From positions 1 through 64,000 of the forward strand of contig CAVWHO010000001.1 in NCBI GenBank assembly GCA_963754875.1: 64,000 bases of DNA, given 5' to 3'. This DNA is from Nitrospirota bacterium. Lineage in GTDB: Bacteria; Nitrospirota; UBA9217. The stretch's first letter is position 1. Every line of letters starts with the position of its first letter. Below are positions 58,584 to 64,000 of the stretch, one piece after another. The notes beneath the pieces were generated by a model that was given only the letters and a program-made list of their open reading frames with translations, was not told where the DNA came from and made no database searches. A program made the position numbers and the translations under genes.

Positions 58584-59762
58584 TCACGATAGTGCGCGGC
58601 TGGCGGTCGTTTTCGTGCTGTCGTTGCCGGGGAGAAGAAGGAAGGGAAGGTGTGCAAGAAGCCACAATTGGAAATGCACGTAATCGGTCTTTCCCGCCGG
58701 AATGTCGAGAAACCGCAATAAGGCTTCGGGATGTTCGAAGAAAATGCGGAGAAAGAGACGGGGATGCCGATCGAGCAAATGCGCCAGACGTAGCGCAACA
58801 CGCAGCTGTTTTGTGATCCGGTCATCGGTTTCCCGGCAATACCGCGCGATTACGGCTGCCGGACGCGTCTGATTTTTGATTGCGTCAGCGACAGCGCGGG
58901 CGGCGAGCTTGCCGGAGAGGATGGCATGAGATATCCCTTCGCCGTGGAAAGGATCTGCAAATCCTGCAGCGTCCCCTGCTAATAATACCCTGCCCCTGGC
59001 GACTGATCTTTTGATCCCTCCAAAGGGAATGAAGTGGCCTTGCACGTCTGAAAGTTCGATGTTTAACGTCTCGGCGAGTTTCGTCAGCGCTTCCCGGGGT
59101 TTGGAAAAGCGCGCTGCAAGCCCCGCAATCCCGGTGGAGAGGTAGCCGCGGTGCGGGAAGAGCCAGCCATATCCGACCGGCGCGGTCCCGAAATAGAGGT
59201 CGAGGGTCTTGTCCAGCCGGTTCCTGATATCCTGTCCCTCCGCAGGAATCTGAGAAACGAGCGCAAGCGCCATGCTGCCCTTGTCCAGCGGAGGCCTCAG
59301 GGTACGTGCCGCCTGGCTGTGAATCCCGTCAGCGCCGACGACAAAGAGGGACCGATAGGTCCTATTTTTTGTTGCAACTTCTGTGAAGTCTCTGCCATCC
59401 CGAACAGCGATGACCTGCTCGTTCGTACGAAAATCAGCTCCGCTTTCGACGGCCTTCTCCACGAGGAATGCGTCGAAATATTTTCTCGTTACAAGAACCG
59501 CGAACGGGGTATTGCGCGTTGCATTCACTACATGACCTTCCCGGTGGACCCGGACGCTCATGCATTCTTCCTCGATGATGGCATCCGGGAGACTGAAGTC
59601 GAGATACGAGAGTGCCTGCAGGGAAACGGCGCCTGCACAGGGTTTTGATCTCGGGAACGTATCGCGGTCCAGCAGGAGTGTTTTGAGCCCTTGTTGTGCG
59701 CATGTTCGCGCAGAGGTGGAGCCTGCCGGCCCGGCTCCTATGACAATGACGTCGTACATCAT
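58584..59762 (-). CDS. Geranylgeranyl reductase-family flavoprotein
   Basis: DVIVIGAGPAG, FPRSKPCAG, R..FD..L, GADG, GYGWLFP, LAGDAAGFADPFHGEGI. Confidence 0.9.
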   Translation of the reverse strand: MMYDVIVIGAGPAGSTSARTCAQQGLKTLLLDRDTFPRSKPCAGAVSLQALSYLDFSLPDAIIEEECMSVRVHREGHVVNATRNTPFAVLVTRKYFDAFLVEKAVESGADFRTNEQVIAVRDGRDFTEVATKNRTYRSLFVVGADGIHSQAARTLRPPLDKGSMALALVSQIPAEGQDIRNRLDKTLDLYFGTAPVGYGWLFPHRGYLSTGIAGLAARFSKPREALTKLAETLNIELSDVQGHFIPFGGIKRSVARGRVLLAGDAAGFADPFHGEGISHAILSGKLAARAVADAIKNQTRPAAVIARYCRETDDRITKQLRVALRLAHLLDRHPRLFLRIFFEHPEALLRFLDIPAGKTDYVHFQLWLLAHLPFLLLPGNDSTKTTASRALS

Positions 59763-60153
59763 CAACTCTTTACTCTCCCTGAAAACAGAATAGAATTGCG
59801 GACGGCTACGGATGAACGCAAAGGAAATTTTCGATGGTTTTACTGCCTTGCCCCTCACCTTGGTCTTTCCTTGATGCAACAACATTTACTTCATTTGCAT
59901 TAGTATAGCCTATGCAACTCGTTTGATAAGTTTACCAAACTGAACATCGAATTGCAAAATATTTGCTGTATTTGACCATTTTCCGGTTTCTGCATTACGG
60001 TCTTTTCGTCTGACCCTCACAATCAGGCACAGTGGAATGGGCGAACGACCCTTCGTACGGTTACGGCCGGAATATTCTCAATCTCATATAAACAGAATTT
60101 TGCAAAGCAAAATCAGTGTCACTAAAGTTCTCATTCTTTGCTAAAATGAAGAC

Positions 60154-60471
60154 ATGGAGAATAATATTCTGCGCGAACATCATCGATGTGGAAAAAGAGA
60201 TCCAGCAGTCTCTTGATCGGGAAAAGCTGAAAGACGCGTGAGTGGCTTGATGCTCGTAAAAAGGAGATCGAAAGCGACTTTCCGCGATGCAGGAGCAGAA
60301 TATTCTCCAGTCCTATCAACAGGCCCACGAGAATGCCGAACAGGAAGCGGGAAAACCGCCTCAGAGCTTTTTGAGCAGTCGAAACGCCAAACAGACAAGC
60401 TTGCCCATCTGGAAAACGACATCTTGGTAAAAATCGTAACAGACAACATCAACAAGATCCTTCCGGGATGA
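60154..60471 (+). CDS. Probable V/A-type ATPase peripheral-stalk subunit G/H (several frameshifts)
   Basis: Coiled-coil segments MENNILR / IIDVEKEIQQSL / EWLDARKKEIE / ...INKILPG spread over frames; first gene of the operon. Confidence 0.55.
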
Positions 60472-60474
60472 CCT

Positions 60475-62362
60475 ATGATCGTCAGGATGGCCAAAGTTGA
60501 AATCGTGGGCGCAAAAGGGCTGCTTCAGGACGTTCTCGTGTGCCTTCGCGAACTCGGTGTGTTCCAGATAGAACCGGCAACGATCGGTTTTCTCGAAGCG
60601 GGACATGAAGATGATATCCGCGCTTTCATGCCCGACGAAAAAACAATGTTCGAGCGGGTCTTTCTCGAAGGGCTGCGGACCAAGGTCACCGAGCTCCTGT
60701 CGGCGCTGCCGACGCTGCCGAGTGCGAAACAGCTATCTCGATCCACGTCCGGTCATTGATACGGTCGGGGCGATCGTTGAACGGCATGCAGCGATGATCA
60801 AGGTGCGGAATGAGCGGAAAGAGGAACTCAAAAAAGAGCTCACTGAGCTTGAACGGTATGCTCTTTTTCTCGGAACGCTGGCCCCTCTCGTCGAGAGCGT
60901 CAAGGAAACGCCGGACATTGATTTTATCGGACTGACTATACGGGAGCCCGATATGGTGGTCCGTCTCAAAGAAGCGCTCTCACGCATCACAAACTGGAAG
61001 TACGAGCTGGTGACGGAACCCGCGGAGGACGGCTCCCTGGTGGGGCTGATCACCGTGGAGCGTGACCTTGCCGACCGCGTAAAAAAGACCCTGAGCGACG
61101 AGCAGGTGCCGGAGCTGACGTTTCCCGCCGTCCTACAGCAACCTCACCTTTTCGGAAAAGGTCGTCTACGTGAAGAAGAGGATCGCGGAAGTTTCGGCGG
61201 AAGTGCAGGGAATCGATGCTGAACTTTCACGGTTTACCCAGCGCTGGGCCCCGATCTACCGGAGCGTGCGGGAGTGGATCGACGACCGGCTGGCGGTGCT
61301 GTCCACGACCGCGGCGGCATTTGAAACGCGGATGTGCTTCTTCATCAACGGGTGGATGATGGCGAAGGAGGTCGGGAGGCTCCGGACGACGATTGCAGCA
61401 GGACTTTCAAGGACGGCGTGGTCCTGGATGAGAAAGAGCTGCGCGAACATGATCTCGACCGCGTTCCGATCATTCTGAAGAACCCTCCCTACTTCAAACC
61501 ATTCGAAATCTTTACGAGCATGCTGCCGCTGCCCGCTTATACGTCCTACGACCCGACGCCGTTCATCGGCATTTTCTTCCCCGTCTTTTTCGGCATGATC
61601 CTCGGCGACGCGGGCTACGGTCTTTTCCTCGGAAGTCTCGCCTTTTTCCTGATGAGGAAGTACAGGCAGAAGAAGATGATCAGGGACGGGGCAAAGATCC
61701 TGCTGGTTGCGTCGGCCTATACCATTTTCTTCGGCATCCTGTTCGGCGAGTTCTTCGGAGACCTGCCCGAGCGGCTCTTTCACCTGCAGCCCCTCTGCAT
61801 TGAACGCAGGACCGCGATCGTCCCGATGATCTTCTTTACTCTTGCCGTGGGCGTGGCGCACGTACTCCTTGGGCTGCTCTTCGGCGTTATCGCGGAGTTC
61901 AGGAAGAAAGAAACGAAAGAAGCCGTGTATAAACTCCTGAGCATCGTCGTGGTGCTGGCCATGATCGTGGTGCTCGCTTCCTTCTTCAACGTATTGCCCA
62001 CAGTGCTGGCCAGGCCCGTCATCATCGGCATTTTGTTCCTGACCCCGATTCTGTTCTTTACCGGCGGTCTTCTGGCGCCCCTGGAACTTTTGAAGAACAT
62101 CGGTAATATCATCTCCTATGTCCGTATCATGGCGATCGGCCTCACGTCGGTGCTGCTCGCCTTTGTGGCGAACAATCTCGGCGGCCTGACCGGCGACGTC
62201 GTGACCGGCGTGGCAGTGGCCGGGCTGCTCCATCTCCTCAATATCATACTCGGCGTGTTCTCGCCGACCATCCATTCGCTCAGGCTCCACTATGTGGAGT
62301 TCTTCAGCAAGTTCATGCAGCAGGGCGGGAGGAAGTTCGAGCCGCTGAGCAAGACACAGTGA
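60475..62362 (+). CDS. V/A-type ATP synthase subunit I (a), broken by at least three frameshifts
   Basis: MAKVEIVG, FFINGW, DPTPF..FFGMILGDAGYG, NIISYVRIMAIGL, HSLRLHYVEFFSKF. Confidence 0.88.
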
Positions 62363-62490
62363 TTCGAACAAGGCGTAAAAGACTTTTTACCGCAGAGGAC
62401 GGAGATAATCTGAACAAAAATCAGCTTGTTATTGTTTCTCCGCGGCTCTGGGAGATCTTGACTTACGAAACCAACCTCAAGGAGGGATGT

Positions 62491-62715
62491 ATGAATCTGG
62501 AAAAAGTACTCATCGCGTTGAGCGCCGCCCTGGCAATCGGACTCCCGGCATTTGCAACGGCCTGGGCACAGTCAAAGATCGGGGCAGCGGGGGCAGGGGC
62601 CCTTGCCGAAAAGCCGGAACTGACCGGCACGGTCGTGATCCTCGTCGCCATCCCCGAGACGATGGTGATTCTCGGTTTCGTCGTGGCAACGATGATCCTT
62701 TTCACGGTGAAGTAG
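62491..62715 (+). CDS. V/A-type ATP synthase proteolipid subunit K (c)
   Basis: ATAWAQSKIGAAGAGALAEKPE...IPETMVILGF. Confidence 0.92.
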   Translation: MNLEKVLIALSAALAIGLPAFATAWAQSKIGAAGAGALAEKPELTGTVVILVAIPETMVILGFVVATMILFTVK

Positions 62716-62716
62716 C

Positions 62717-63309
62717 ATGAGCTCCCGGGAGTTGATCGAGTCGCTCCGGCAGGCGGGCGAAGAGAATATCCGTGTTGTGAAGCGGGAAGCGGAACAGGAG
62801 ATGGCTGCCCTGCAAGCCGCTGCCGCCCAAAAAATCGCTGATCTGCAGAAGCACTATGCGGAGCAGCTTGGCCGTTGTCAGCGGCGATGAATTACGACGG
62901 GCCCGCGCGGAGGCGTCCAGCCGCGCCCGTGCGCTCAGGCTGGACGCGGAAGAAACACTCGCAGACAGCCTGTATTCGATCGCCCGCTTTTCCCTACACC
63001 AGCTGCGGGACGACCGCTATCCTGCGGTTTTCGAGAAGCTGGTCCGGGAACTTCCCGCATTGCAGTGGAAGAGCGTGCGGGTGAATACGGCGGACGTCGA
63101 CCTTGCGCGAAAGTATTTCCCCGATGCGGAGATTTCGCCGGTCGGGCATATCTCGGGAGGCGTTGAAGTGACGATGGCTGACGGGGCGATCAGGGTGATC
63201 AACACGTTCGAGAAAGAGATTGGAACGTTTATGGGCCGACCTGCTTCCGCAGATGGTCAGTGACGTATACAGCGAGGTGGGCGATGGATCTTCTCCACAA
63301 TCCCGGTGA
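62717..63309 (+). CDS. V/A-type ATP synthase subunit E (frameshifted)
   Basis: MSSRELIESL coiled coil; VRVN..D, ISGGV..DG..VINTFE. Confidence 0.75.
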
Positions 63310-64000
63310 CGCGGGTTACCCGACCGAGTACCTGTTGTCGCGGATCAAAGGAAGACGGTCTTCGTTGATCAAAAACTGGAAATCCCTGGTCTATGATCAG
63401 GACCTTTTTCTCTCCGACTTCGCCGCTGAAACAGGGCGTACTTCGCACGTCAATTGCTCCCGACCGGATCTGGGCGGAACTCATGCGGGAATACCGGTGG
63501 GTGTACGGGCAGATGAACCAACAGCTTCGGGCCATCTTTTATCCCTATTTTCTGTACGCCGAATTGCGGAACGTCTGTATCTGTCTTCGGCACCTTCGTG
63601 ACAAGAAGGAAGGGCCAATCGACGAAGTCCTCGGCAAAAGCCTGCTCTCCGATGAGGTGAAGGGGGTGTTCGTACGCAGCAGTGATCTGGCGGAAGCCGT
63701 TGCCGGCGTCGAGCGGTTGTTTTCCACGCTCTCAAAAAAATTTGCAGGTCTTTCCCTTGTCGCGCAAGAAGAGGGCCTGCGCGGCGTTGAGCAGCATCTG
63801 ATTGAGACGTATCTTGCAGTTATGGTCGGCTCCAAGTTACATCCACTTTTGCAAAAGTTCTTTTCGCGACTGGTCGATGCGCGGAACATAATGAGCCTCT
63901 ATAAATATCTGCGCCTGGAGCACACAGAGCCTCCCCCGGTCCTGCCGGGTGGCAGTATCGCGGCAGAGAAGCTGCGCGAGCTTGCAGCAAAAGACGACAT
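63284..64000 (+). CDS. V/A-type ATP synthase subunit C-like (frameshift near 63460, runs off the window)
   Basis: YPTEYLLSRIKGRRS..L; operon position after subunit E. Confidence 0.65.

Noticed and set aside
62491..62715. Na+ specificity of the ATPase c-ring from the Q...ET residues
   Set aside because: Similar residues occur in proton-coupled V/A enzymes such as that of Thermus, so the ion cannot be assigned.

Overview
Chromosomal window from a moderately GC-rich anaerobic bacterium; gene content suggests Nitrospirota or Desulfobacterota (inference). From left to right it carries: a NuoG/SfrA-like Fe-S protein and a Ni-CO dehydrogenase, a lone type IIA topoisomerase B subunit, a diguanylate cyclase, a complete trpEGDCFBA operon, a Crp + CHASE2 adenylate cyclase + phosphodiesterase cAMP module, accD, an MFS pump, and a decayed DUF362/4Fe-4S locus interrupted by two-component genes. 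Next come an ECF sigma/anti-sigma/signal peptidase/ExbBD-TonB unit and an 8-kb mobile hot spot. The hot spot is an integron-type cassette array (promoter, attI-like site, four attC sites) with no integrase in the window. Five 18-bp palindromic boxes precede it, an IS1182 sits exactly on an attC GTT, an IS4 interrupts a cassette gene start, and a RAYT with four REPs follows. The right third has a TonB receptor and lipoprotein, ald, LysM, an NtrY-like kinase, an OGG2-type glycosylase, and a tightly coupled 9-heme cytochrome c/cytochrome b/MenG/B12-radical SAM operon that may modify quinones. A geranylgeranyl reductase and a frameshift-rich V/A-ATPase operon (probably sequencing errors) close the window. 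Many intergenic spacers hold periodic 7-mer or 9-mer inverted-repeat elements. Family assignments come from motif recognition only; no searches were run.
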